IMG/VR virus record: IMGVR_UViG_3300022752_000015
Span: 148,805-212,804 of that record
Reading direction: 5' to 3' (one strand)
DNA length: 64,000 nucleotides
This document shows, one piece after another, positions 10,894 through 20,232 of the stretch (positions within the stretch are counted from its first letter, which is position 1; every line of letters begins with the position of its first letter). The notes below the pieces were generated by a model. The model saw nothing but the letters and a program-made list of their open reading frames with translations, ran no database searches and had not been told where the DNA came from. The translations under genes were made by a program, and so were the position numbers.

Positions 10894-11136
10894 ATGTTAA
10901 ACAAGAATAAAGTAAGCAAATTAACTTGGGATTTTTTTGAAGTTACAAAAGAAATCGCCAAGAGAAATTTAGTCACGGCTGTCAACACAAAGCAAATTGA
11001 CGTAAATGAAAGCTTACTACCTGCTATTTTAGGGCTTATTGATGCGTCAGTTAATGAAGGATTCAATAAAGGCCACAATAATTTCTTAAATGCTTTATCA
11101 AACATGACTGAAGAACAGCCAAAGAAAAAAAAATAG
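10894..11136 (+). CDS. Hypothetical protein
   Basis: 80-aa ORF, first of a tightly packed + strand run. Confidence 0.6.
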   Translation: MLNKNKVSKLTWDFFEVTKEIAKRNLVTAVNTKQIDVNESLLPAILGLIDASVNEGFNKGHNNFLNALSNMTEEQPKKKK

Positions 11137-11142
11137 TAGATC

Positions 11143-11658
11143 ATGAAGAAAAGAAAAGCCCAAATCCAGGATTCTGGAACAAGCTTAAAAGAATCTTTTG
11201 GACAAAAGCATCTAATAAAATGTAGATGCATTTTGCCGCAAATGAAAAACACTGCAAATCCTGCTCCTCATTGTTTTGTGGTTTTTTCTGAAGTATTTGA
11301 AGGTCAAATAAAACCTAAATTTTCTCAATGTAATAACTGCGGAGTGGTTCACAAGGTTGTTGACATATGCTCTTCGGAAATAATGAGTGGAAAAGATGCA
11401 ATGAGTTCTATTATGACTATAGACGACATTAGATCTTCCATGAACAAAAGCTTATCTTCGATATTAGATAGACACAATTGTGATTTACCTACTTGGGAGT
11501 TTGCTCAATACGTTGTTGAGAATAAAAGATGGGGAGAAATTGTCGTATTATCTACTGACGTAGAAAAAGAAGATAAAATTATAAAATACGTTAGAATTTT
11601 AGGCGATTCATTGTTCAAAGTAGATTCTCACATAAGAAAAGAAACATTAGGTGAGTAA
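11143..11658 (+). CDS. Hypothetical protein with putative Zn-binding motif
   Basis: CRC...CNNCG..H cysteine pattern. Confidence 0.6.
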   Translation: MKKRKAQIQDSGTSLKESFGQKHLIKCRCILPQMKNTANPAPHCFVVFSEVFEGQIKPKFSQCNNCGVVHKVVDICSSEIMSGKDAMSSIMTIDDIRSSMNKSLSSILDRHNCDLPTWEFAQYVVENKRWGEIVVLSTDVEKEDKIIKYVRILGDSLFKVDSHIRKETLGE

Positions 11659-11899
11659 TATGCAAACTTTTGGTAAGCTTTCTTCTGAAAAATTAGCAGA
11701 GGAAAATGAAGAATGTCGAAAGATCGTAAAAGAAATTTTGAATGTAGGTCTTACGCAAAGGCAACAAATGTTCCTTATTTATTTACTTTCTCTTGAATTA
11801 GAGAATATAGAATATGTAAAAGACCTGACAGAAGTGATTAAAGAAATTGCAGGAGACGATATTTTTGTCTCAAGGAGCGATGATGGGAAGATCAATTAA
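11651..11899 (+). CDS. Hypothetical protein
   Basis: 82-aa ORF overlapping both neighbours. Confidence 0.6.
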   Translation: MSNMQTFGKLSSEKLAEENEECRKIVKEILNVGLTQRQQMFLIYLLSLELENIEYVKDLTEVIKEIAGDDIFVSRSDDGKIN

Positions 11900-12497
11900 C
11901 GTAAAAACTCCGTTTACAACAAAAAATAAAACCGGCGATCATGATGAAGCTGAATTAGCAGCTTTGCTCCCTCATCCAAAACATGGAGAAGATTCTAGAA
12001 TCGTAGTATTATACGGAGGGGTCAGCGAACAATCAATTTCCGCAGTAATCTATCAGCTCTTGTATTTAGCAAATCAAAACCACAAACCAATTCATCTAGT
12101 GGTTTCTACTTACGGAGGATCTGTAGATGAAATGTTTTCGCTTTATGATACCATCAGATTTTTGCCATGTCCTGTCCATACCATAGCGTTGGGCAAAGTA
12201 ATGTCAGCAGGCGTGCTACTATTAGCTTCTGGTGTGAAAGGTAAACGTTTAATCGGGTCATCAGCAAGACTTATGATGCATCCTATATCAGGTGGTTTTT
12301 ACGGTAACGTTTTTGAATCTATGAGTGAAACTAACGAATTCAAAAGGTTGCAAGAATTGATGGTTTCATCTCTTCAAAAAGAATCCAACATGACAAAGGA
12401 GCAAGTCGAAAAAATCATGAAATCTGGACATGATTTTTATGTGACTCCTGAAGAAGCAATCAAATTAGGCATCGTGGATAAAATTATTGGTGCATAA
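11883..12497 (+). CDS. clpP: ATP-dependent Clp protease proteolytic subunit
   Basis: STYGGSV, MSAG (catalytic Ser), MMHP (His), HDF (Asp) and EEAIKLGIVDKII motifs; AAGGAG SD upstream. Confidence 0.9.
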   Translation: MGRSINVKTPFTTKNKTGDHDEAELAALLPHPKHGEDSRIVVLYGGVSEQSISAVIYQLLYLANQNHKPIHLVVSTYGGSVDEMFSLYDTIRFLPCPVHTIALGKVMSAGVLLLASGVKGKRLIGSSARLMMHPISGGFYGNVFESMSETNEFKRLQELMVSSLQKESNMTKEQVEKIMKSGHDFYVTPEEAIKLGIVDKIIGA

Positions 12498-12567
12498 ATT
12501 TTGTAATTGATCGATAGTTTGCTTTATGATCGTCTGGGGAGAATAAATCCTCAGACGATTATCATTT

Positions 12568-14223
12568 ATGAAAAAAATCTCTATTGAAGATTGGAAAATG
12601 TATTTTCCATTCGATAAGATTCGCAAAGAGCAAGAAGTCGCAATTAACTTTGCTTTAAACTCTTTCTTAAACGAAAATAAGAAGTATGTAATCTTAGAGC
12701 TAGGCACTGGCGTGGGTAAATCCGCAACAGGAATTACAATTGCTAGATACATGGAAAATCATGCTCCGATTTCAATTGGAGAGAATGGTGATCGTTTGGT
12801 TGGTTCTTACGTGGTTACAACGCAAAAAATTCTTCAAGAGCAGTATCTAAGAGACTTTGGCCCAAGTTGTGGGAAGAACCTTGTCAAATCTATAAAATCT
12901 TCCAGCAACTATATGTGTTCTTTTTATTCAGATCAAACGTGCGCTGAATCTAAAAGAATCTTGATGAATTTAGGAAAACAGTTAAATGGAACTGATTTTC
13001 AAAAAAACTGTAAAACTAATTGCAAGTATTCTATAGAAAAGCAAGAATTTATAGATTCTTCTATCGCTGTTACTAATTTTCCTTATCTTCTTGCAGAATC
13101 TACTTATGCAGGGAAATTAGAACCTAGAGCTATGCTTATCGTAGACGAAGCTCACAATGCTGAAACTGAGCTCGGAAAATTCATTGAGATTACTTTTTCA
13201 GAAAAATTTGCTAGAGACATTCTAAAGTGTAAGTCTCCAAAATCAGAATCTCAATCTGCTATTTTTGAATGGATTAATTCAACTTACAAAAAAGCTTTGT
13301 TGAAACATATTAAAGAAGTAGAAAAGGCTCTAGAAAAACTTAGTAATGATATTGAAGGATATGGCAATTTTTCAAAGCAATATGAGATTTTAGATAAACA
13401 TGTGTGTAAAATCAATCGATTTACAGAAGTCTATAAACCTGAAAATTGGATCATGAACGTAGCTTTACCTTCATACGATAACAAGAAGGCAGGTAAAAAA
13501 TTCGAATTTAAACCAATTGATGTTTCACCTTATGCATATTCAAGTTTTTTTAGATTAGGAAATAGAGTGTTGCTAATGTCTGCAACAATTGTCAACAAAG
13601 AGATTTTTTCTCGATCTATAGGCATCGAAGAGAAAGATGTTTCTTATCTTTCTATACCTTCTCCATTTCCTGTAGAAAACAGACCTGTTCATTTTTTGCC
13701 TGTAGGATCTATGTCAAAATCGACGATTGATTCTACGCTACCAAAAATGGTAGAAGTTGTAAAATTGTTGCTAGAAAAGCATCCTCAAGAAAAAGGAATC
13801 ATTCATTGTACTAATTTCAAAGTAGCAAAATACATCAAAGAGAATGTAGATTCTAATAGGTTAGTGCTTCATGATTCAAGCAATAGAGAAGAAATGCTAA
13901 AGTTTCATGTCAATAGCAAAGATCCAACTGTATTAGTCAGCCCTTCTATGATGGAAGGAGTAGACTTACATGATGATTTAAGTCGTTTTCAAATTATATG
14001 CAAGATTCCTTTCCCTTATCTAGGAGACTTGGTCGTAAAAAAGAGAATGGAAAAAAACAAGTTTTGGTATCCTTATATGACAGCCAAATCAATAATCCAA
14101 TCTTTAGGTAGATCAATTAGGAATGAAAGTGACCATGCAATCTCTTACATATTAGATTCTGATTGGGAAAAGTTTTTTCGAATGAACAGAACGTTATTTG
14201 ACGAGACATTTAAAATTTTTTAA
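12568..14223 (+). CDS. DinG/YoaA-like SF2 helicase
   Basis: Q motif (RKEQ), GTGVGKS, DEAH, MSAT, EGVD and QSLGRSIR; Cys cluster suggests an Fe-S site. Confidence 0.85.
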   Translation: MKKISIEDWKMYFPFDKIRKEQEVAINFALNSFLNENKKYVILELGTGVGKSATGITIARYMENHAPISIGENGDRLVGSYVVTTQKILQEQYLRDFGPSCGKNLVKSIKSSSNYMCSFYSDQTCAESKRILMNLGKQLNGTDFQKNCKTNCKYSIEKQEFIDSSIAVTNFPYLLAESTYAGKLEPRAMLIVDEAHNAETELGKFIEITFSEKFARDILKCKSPKSESQSAIFEWINSTYKKALLKHIKEVEKALEKLSNDIEGYGNFSKQYEILDKHVCKINRFTEVYKPENWIMNVALPSYDNKKAGKKFEFKPIDVSPYAYSSFFRLGNRVLLMSATIVNKEIFSRSIGIEEKDVSYLSIPSPFPVENRPVHFLPVGSMSKSTIDSTLPKMVEVVKLLLEKHPQEKGIIHCTNFKVAKYIKENVDSNRLVLHDSSNREEMLKFHVNSKDPTVLVSPSMMEGVDLHDDLSRFQIICKIPFPYLGDLVVKKRMEKNKFWYPYMTAKSIIQSLGRSIRNESDHAISYILDSDWEKFFRMNRTLFDETFKIF

Positions 14224-14276
14224 GATATTTACCTGCAAACGTGATTCCGTATATTAATTCTGGAGGTAACAATCAA

Positions 14277-14480
14277 ATGTCCGATAATGAAGTTTTAGCA
14301 AAATGGAATGAAGTTAAATCTTTAGTTGAATCTCTTGAACATGACGTTGCAAAGTCAGCTAGAGGCGTCGCGGCGGCAGGCGTCAGAGTTAGAAAAGGAT
14401 TAAGAGAATTAAAGACAAAAGCATCCGACATGGTGAAAACAACGATTGCTTTTGAAAAAAGTTCAAAAGATTCAAAGTGA
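14277..14480 (+). CDS. Hc1-like (histone H1-like) small nucleoid protein
   Basis: G..AAGVRVRK.L.ELK motif matches the Hc1-family N-terminal domain; GGAGG SD upstream. Confidence 0.7.
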   Translation: MSDNEVLAKWNEVKSLVESLEHDVAKSARGVAAAGVRVRKGLRELKTKASDMVKTTIAFEKSSKDSK

Positions 14481-14489
14481 ATAATTATT

Positions 14490-14513
14490 AAACGGGTGCT
14501 GAAGCACCCGTTT
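14490..14513 (+). terminator. Probable intrinsic terminator hairpin
   Basis: AAACGGGTGCT-GA-AGCACCCGTTT inverted repeat just after the Hc1-like gene. Confidence 0.6.
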
Positions 14514-14551
14514 GAATTAATATTCAAATTTTAATTGAATAAGAGGAAAAA

Positions 14552-14965
14552 ATGCCAGCACCTAGAGCAGTCCTAGCAGATATCTTAAACTTGGGATTAG
14601 ATCCAAAAAAATCCCATAGATCTTTGTCTAAAGATGGAAAGCTTAAGAATGCTTCTTTAGAAAAGAAGAAAGATCTTAAACCAGGTTTTGTTTTTGTACC
14701 GACGCAAGAAGAATCCGCCAAGGTGGAAACTCTAAAGCAAGAAAAGCATACCGAAATTATGGACGTTAGTCCTAACGTTGAAAACGAAAAAGTTACCATT
14801 ACTACTGATGCTTCCTTAAAAGAAAAAGAAGCTGACACTACATCCACAATTATTAAAGAAAAAGTGGAAGTTAATTTTTCAACTGATAAAAGTGTTGATG
14901 AACAGTCAGAAAAGCAAAAGAAAAAGCAATTATTTCAAAAGAAATCATTATCAAACAACAGCTGA
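14552..14965 (+). CDS. Hypothetical Lys/Glu-rich protein
   Basis: GAGG SD; 137-aa low-complexity ORF. Confidence 0.55.
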   Translation: MPAPRAVLADILNLGLDPKKSHRSLSKDGKLKNASLEKKKDLKPGFVFVPTQEESAKVETLKQEKHTEIMDVSPNVENEKVTITTDASLKEKEADTTSTIIKEKVEVNFSTDKSVDEQSEKQKKKQLFQKKSLSNNS

Positions 14966-15213
14966 AACTTTAACTTTTGAATGATGTTTTTTTCTATTTG
15001 ACAAATTCTCATTCTTGTCAATCCATATATTTTTCCTATATTTTGTAGGGTATATGGTCCTTTTTGAGCTGCAATGATTACACAGTTTTGATTATTTTTA
15101 TCATTCATGTAATTTTTGCAGCTGTCTTTATTGCAGTTGACGTTGTATTTAGCATGCGTCTCAAAGCAAGTAGCTGATTGTTTTAGTATTGGTAAACTTT
15201 TGCCTTTTGTCAT
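14935..15213 (-). CDS. Stand-alone sigma-70 region 4 HTH protein with Cys-rich N-terminus
   Basis: YTLQNIGKIYGLTRMRICQIEKNIIQKLK matches sigma region 4.2 (TLEEIG..GVTRERIRQIE..AL.KL). Confidence 0.75.
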   Translation of the reverse strand: MTKGKSLPILKQSATCFETHAKYNVNCNKDSCKNYMNDKNNQNCVIIAAQKGPYTLQNIGKIYGLTRMRICQIEKNIIQKLKFQLLFDNDFF

Positions 15214-15276
15214 TAGAATTTGTTTATACTTTAGGCAAAAAAAGGTACATTGTTCAAAGAAGATATTGAAATCAAC

Positions 15277-16668
15277 ATGAAAAAAACATACGTCCTTGAC
15301 ACGAACGTTCTTTTAAGCGATCCTAATGCTATATTTTCATTTCAAGATAATGATGTCATTATTCCAATGGTGGTTTTAGAGGAATTAGACCACCATAAAA
15401 GCAGAATGGATGAAGTAGGACACAACGCCAGAAGCGTGAGCAGAACGTTGGATGGTATGAGATCATCTAATGATAGTTTGATAGACGGAGTTGCATTGCC
15501 TGAAGGCGGAATTTTACGAGTAGTATCAGTTGATTCTACAGTTGTAAAAGAAAAACTACCAGTAGAACTAGATCCAACGAAGGCAGACAACGTAATCATA
15601 AGCTTAATGTTAGGATTACCAAGAGATTACATACTGGTTTCTAAAGATATTAACGTAAGAATTAAGTGTGATGCTTTAGGAATAGTATCTGAAGATTATT
15701 TGAAATTAAGAATTACTAATGATCCAAAAACTTTTTACAAAGGAGTAGAAGTTGTAGAGCTATCTGAAGATGAAATAGACAATTTTTATCATCAGGAAAA
15801 ATTAGTAATCGATGTTCCTCAAGTCAGATATCCAAACCAAGTCGTCATAATCAAGCACGTAGAGAACGAAAAGACAGTAAAATCAGCAATAACGAAGTTA
15901 AAAGTTGTTGACGGAGTTAAAACACTTGTTCCAATCGAGAAGTTTGAAAGTGTTTTTGGGTTAAAACCTAGAAACAAAGAACAAGCATTTTCTTTAGATT
16001 TGCTTTTTGATCCTGACGTTAAACTTTTAACCTTGGTCGGGTTAAGTGGAAGTGGAAAAACCCTATTAGCGTTAGCCGCAGCATTAGAACAGCTAAAAGG
16101 AATAGGAAGTCCAGAAGTAGCCAGATATTCAAAGTTGATAGTAACTAAGCCAGTTCAACCCGTAGGAAAAGATATCGGATTTTTGCCTGGAACTTTACAG
16201 GAAAAAATGGAACCCTGGATATCTCCTATCAAAGACAATTTAAATTTCTTAATGGGAAGTAAGAGAGGCAACGCAGCAAAAGTCAGAGGCGGAACAAAAG
16301 CAGATAGCGGGTGGAACAAGACCGATAGCAACGCGTATTTGTCTTTAATGCAAGAAAAAGGGTTAATTGAGATTGAAGCGATCACCTTCATCAGAGGAAG
16401 ATCTATACCTAATTCTTTTATAGTCATTGATGAAGCGCAAAATCTTACTATGCATGAATTAAAGACGATTATAACCAGAGTAGGAGACGGAACAAAAATA
16501 GTTCTTACTGGAGATATTGAGCAGATCGACAATGTGCATGTTGATGCATACACATGCGGTTTAACATACGCAATTGAAAAATTTAAAGAGTATGATATAG
16601 CTGGACACGTTACTATGCTAAAAGGAGAAAGAAGCGAACTTGCTACATTGGCTTCTCAAATATTGTAA
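15277..16668 (+). CDS. phoH: PIN domain-PhoH ATPase fusion
   Basis: VLDTNVLL PIN motif; GLSGSGKT, IGFLPG, RGRS, DEAQN and GDIEQID PhoH motifs. Confidence 0.92.
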   Translation: MKKTYVLDTNVLLSDPNAIFSFQDNDVIIPMVVLEELDHHKSRMDEVGHNARSVSRTLDGMRSSNDSLIDGVALPEGGILRVVSVDSTVVKEKLPVELDPTKADNVIISLMLGLPRDYILVSKDINVRIKCDALGIVSEDYLKLRITNDPKTFYKGVEVVELSEDEIDNFYHQEKLVIDVPQVRYPNQVVIIKHVENEKTVKSAITKLKVVDGVKTLVPIEKFESVFGLKPRNKEQAFSLDLLFDPDVKLLTLVGLSGSGKTLLALAAALEQLKGIGSPEVARYSKLIVTKPVQPVGKDIGFLPGTLQEKMEPWISPIKDNLNFLMGSKRGNAAKVRGGTKADSGWNKTDSNAYLSLMQEKGLIEIEAITFIRGRSIPNSFIVIDEAQNLTMHELKTIITRVGDGTKIVLTGDIEQIDNVHVDAYTCGLTYAIEKFKEYDIAGHVTMLKGERSELATLASQIL

Positions 16669-16711
16669 ATTGTTTGGTTGCATATAATGACATCAAACAT
16701 AATTTATTGCT

Positions 16712-17695
16712 ATGAGTGGTATATTAGACAGCCGAAAACGTATCATGGATACCATCGTTACGTTGGAAGGCAGGAAGCAAATTGCTGATGGAAAATTAAA
16801 GATAGAATACATCAGCTTTACTGATAGTTCCACTTTTTATAGTGCGGATGTCGTTAGCGGATCTGCTGATGTAACCAAAAGATTGTATTTTGAGCAATGT
16901 CATTTACCTCAAGATCAAATCACTTTTGAAGCAGATGATTCAGGAAAATTAAAACCGTTCAAAAACGCTAACGAAATTGACGTATTGAATGGAAAATTAT
17001 CCAAAAAAGTCATTAATCAAGTCTTTGAAGGTTCTTCTAGAGAAGAGACTGTTTATTTGACAGGCTCTCAGTTTGCTTCAACAGCAGAGAGCTTGTTGAA
17101 CTCTTCAATAGATAACTACAAAAAGCTTTATGTCTTAGGAACTAGAGATTATTTGTTTGAAGATGATGGATTTGGTATTGGAAATAACGAGATAGAATTT
17201 AAGATATTGAAAGACAATCCAATTTCTAGCCCGCAATTTTATGAAAAAAACTTGAATGACATACCAAGTTTATTCAACGATAAGCTACTAAGTAATGTAT
17301 TAAATTTCAAATTTTTGCCGCCAATAAACAAGGTGCAAAACGATTTGGTGGACAAATCTTCAAAAGAAATAATCGAATCTAACAAGATCGGCGATTATCA
17401 ACCTTTAAATCAAGCTGAAAAGTATAATTTTGTTCAACTAGAAGACGATTTAGCAAACTTTGAAAAATTAGGATACAAAAAAACTATAGTTTTTGATCCG
17501 ACGTCTTTAAATAACAAATTAGTTTCTCAATTCTTTGAAGTGAACGAAGAAGAAATGAAAAAACTAGACGTGATAGATTACGGATCTTATCGTTACAAAA
17601 ATAAGATGAAACAAGCATTTTTCGTAGGAAAAGTGTTGTTGGATGATAATGGTACTAACACGTTCGTTAGACTTTTTACAGTGGTTTTTGAATAG
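16712..17695 (+). CDS. Probable virion structural protein
   Basis: N-terminus (GILD..IMDTIVT.EGR) resembles that of the 26138 ORF; first gene of a large co-directional block. Confidence 0.5.
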   Translation: MSGILDSRKRIMDTIVTLEGRKQIADGKLKIEYISFTDSSTFYSADVVSGSADVTKRLYFEQCHLPQDQITFEADDSGKLKPFKNANEIDVLNGKLSKKVINQVFEGSSREETVYLTGSQFASTAESLLNSSIDNYKKLYVLGTRDYLFEDDGFGIGNNEIEFKILKDNPISSPQFYEKNLNDIPSLFNDKLLSNVLNFKFLPPINKVQNDLVDKSSKEIIESNKIGDYQPLNQAEKYNFVQLEDDLANFEKLGYKKTIVFDPTSLNNKLVSQFFEVNEEEMKKLDVIDYGSYRYKNKMKQAFFVGKVLLDDNGTNTFVRLFTVVFE

Positions 17696-17713
17696 CAAAG
17701 GTAAATAACTGTT

Positions 17714-20203
17714 ATGTACTTTAATCCAGCAAATAACGTAAAAGGATTATTAGAAATAGATGATAATTTTGCCGAGTTGGTAGAAATTACAGGACCACCA
17801 GCTTCTTCTAGTTCTGATTTTAAAAGCCAACGTATTGATTCATGTTTAAAGTTTAAATTTACTTACAAGGTTTCTCAAATAAAAGTCACGCAAGAGAATG
17901 CGTTGTTAGTTAGAATCACAGTAAAAAAGAAAAACAAAACAAAAAATAGCATTACTCAATCTACTAAAGTAGGATCAGTTGATACTAAAAAGTTAGTAGA
18001 AAATATCTTAATGCAAAAGATAAACATTGTCAATTCAAACAAAGAAGAGAAAGATTCTATAATACTGGTCAAAGAATCTGATATTGGTTCAAGAGTAAAC
18101 AACCAAATCTTAAATGCTCTAAAAAATGGTGACGACATAAGCGAGCTTAAAGGATTAAAAAAATCCAAGCTAGTGTTCTTAGCAAAAAACGAAATAAATA
18201 ATTTTTCAAAGAACTCCATTTTAGAAGCTCAAGTAGGGCATAACTCTGTAGAAATAAAAGACAATGATACATTGTTGAAAAACAATCTTTCTACATTCGT
18301 TAATGTCAAGAATGAAAGACTAAAGCTAATCTTCAATAAAGAAAATTCGCCATCTCAGATAACTCAACTCTCAGATAGATCTTTATCAATTCATAATGCA
18401 TCTTCAGGAACTTCTAGAAAACAAAAAACAGAAGAATATGCAGGAGACATAAAAACAAAATTACTTAATGCTCATCTTTTTGAGGGTCAAAGAAATCTTG
18501 AAACAAAAAAAGATTTTTTTGCATCTATTCAAGATATTTTTGACGATAAAATTTTGATAGATACTGAAATTAACATAAAAGAATCAGTTGCAAAAGATCA
18601 GTCTACGGTTTTGGTCAGCTTCGAACTTCTAAAGTCAACAACAAAAAAATCTGGCGTTAAAGAAGTCAAGGTTATCGAAAAAATAGAAAAAGATCTAAAC
18701 ATACAGTCTTACATTTCGAATCTTTTTCGTCCTACGACTCCGCCTCTTGTTAGATTTTCAAAGACAAATCAAAACATCACTTTCAAAATAAAACAATTGG
18801 ATGCAAACGCTAATTTTGTTTCGGTGTATAAACGAACAATAAACAATGGAAATTTAAGAGAGAAATATGTAAAACTAGCTTCTGTTCCTGTTACAACGAA
18901 AGAAGGAGAAGCTAGTTTCAACATTATTAATTTAAAAGACAACATAGCGATTTTTCGATTTGTGCCTTTTAACGGGATAACAAAAATTCAATCTTATGAA
19001 TTTACTGATGTGGTGATAAGAGATAATCCTAGAGTAAATGAAAGAAAATTAATCATTATTCCTTCCTTATCGAAACAAGGAGGAGAAGGAATAGAGATAA
19101 CAGCACATAACGATTATTTGCCAGACGTCGTCGCCGCTAAACTCTTAGTAAGAAACGCAACCACTGGAAAGAAAAACTTTGAAGTTGTAAATAATTTTAA
19201 TTTTTCTGATAAACAAAACAGCTCTAGATTAATTGTAAAAAATTTAATCCCATATAACCTTTACGAATTTAAGACGATTTTAATTACCGAAATGGGAGAT
19301 GAAATACCATCAAATTATTCTGCTTGTCTAGAGTATATTCCGCCCGTTGGAACTCCGCTAAACGTTGTTATATCTAAACCGTTAACTGTTTCTAACAGTG
19401 GAAATACCATAGACGTTCAATTTTCTGTGGCTGCTAACGTAGTTGATGATCAAACCAAGATGCTGAGGACTATGTTGGATCAATTGCAGATTTCAGATCC
19501 CGTAGGTAGAAGCACGCTTTCTGAATTAATAGCATTCAGCATAACCAGATACAACACGTTAACGGGCGATGTCGATGACATGGGAATCATTTCCAATGAT
19601 TCTACTTTTTCTGATTCTATAGAATCAGGTAAAAGAGGAATAAAGACAGTAGAAATCGGCCAATCTTACAAGTACATAATATATCCGTTGGTCAGAGATC
19701 CAAATACCGTCGTTGACAAAGTCATCGACATGGTTGATACTGAAACAAAGAAAAGTTACAAAATAACCCCACAAAAACACCACCATCCAGCGACCTTGTT
19801 AAAAGGAAATGTTGTATCAGATCACTTTATAAAAAACGACCCAAGACCAGAGATGATGAAAGGTATGCTTGGAATTAGTTATGAAGTTCCTATCTCATTT
19901 GCCAATAAAAATCCGCGGATAAATGGTCTTTCAATTAGACAAACGAATAGCAAAAATTATCTAACTTGGAAAATTGATGGAGATCCTAATTTAATTGATC
20001 ATATACTTGTAATGAAAACAACTGATGACGTTAGAACCTTGGTGGGCAAGTCGGCTAGCTTTTCTGATTTGCATAATTTTATTCATAACTTAACAAAAGA
20101 TGATATAGGACTTGTTTCTTACCTTTTGACGCCCGTTTATTTAGATTATACTTCAGGTAATACTGTAGAATCTTCTAAGATTTTAATAGAACAGGCAAAT
20201 TAA
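17714..20203 (+). CDS. Large protein with Ig/Fn3-like beta domains, probably structural
   Basis: 829 aa with NLIPYNLYEF, YKYIIYP and LTW Fn3-like patterns. Confidence 0.5.
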   Translation: MYFNPANNVKGLLEIDDNFAELVEITGPPASSSSDFKSQRIDSCLKFKFTYKVSQIKVTQENALLVRITVKKKNKTKNSITQSTKVGSVDTKKLVENILMQKINIVNSNKEEKDSIILVKESDIGSRVNNQILNALKNGDDISELKGLKKSKLVFLAKNEINNFSKNSILEAQVGHNSVEIKDNDTLLKNNLSTFVNVKNERLKLIFNKENSPSQITQLSDRSLSIHNASSGTSRKQKTEEYAGDIKTKLLNAHLFEGQRNLETKKDFFASIQDIFDDKILIDTEINIKESVAKDQSTVLVSFELLKSTTKKSGVKEVKVIEKIEKDLNIQSYISNLFRPTTPPLVRFSKTNQNITFKIKQLDANANFVSVYKRTINNGNLREKYVKLASVPVTTKEGEASFNIINLKDNIAIFRFVPFNGITKIQSYEFTDVVIRDNPRVNERKLIIIPSLSKQGGEGIEITAHNDYLPDVVAAKLLVRNATTGKKNFEVVNNFNFSDKQNSSRLIVKNLIPYNLYEFKTILITEMGDEIPSNYSACLEYIPPVGTPLNVVISKPLTVSNSGNTIDVQFSVAANVVDDQTKMLRTMLDQLQISDPVGRSTLSELIAFSITRYNTLTGDVDDMGIISNDSTFSDSIESGKRGIKTVEIGQSYKYIIYPLVRDPNTVVDKVIDMVDTETKKSYKITPQKHHHPATLLKGNVVSDHFIKNDPRPEMMKGMLGISYEVPISFANKNPRINGLSIRQTNSKNYLTWKIDGDPNLIDHILVMKTTDDVRTLVGKSASFSDLHNFIHNLTKDDIGLVSYLLTPVYLDYTSGNTVESSKILIEQAN

Positions 20204-20232
20204 AAGCGCAATAAATTAAAGAAGGATCAAAG

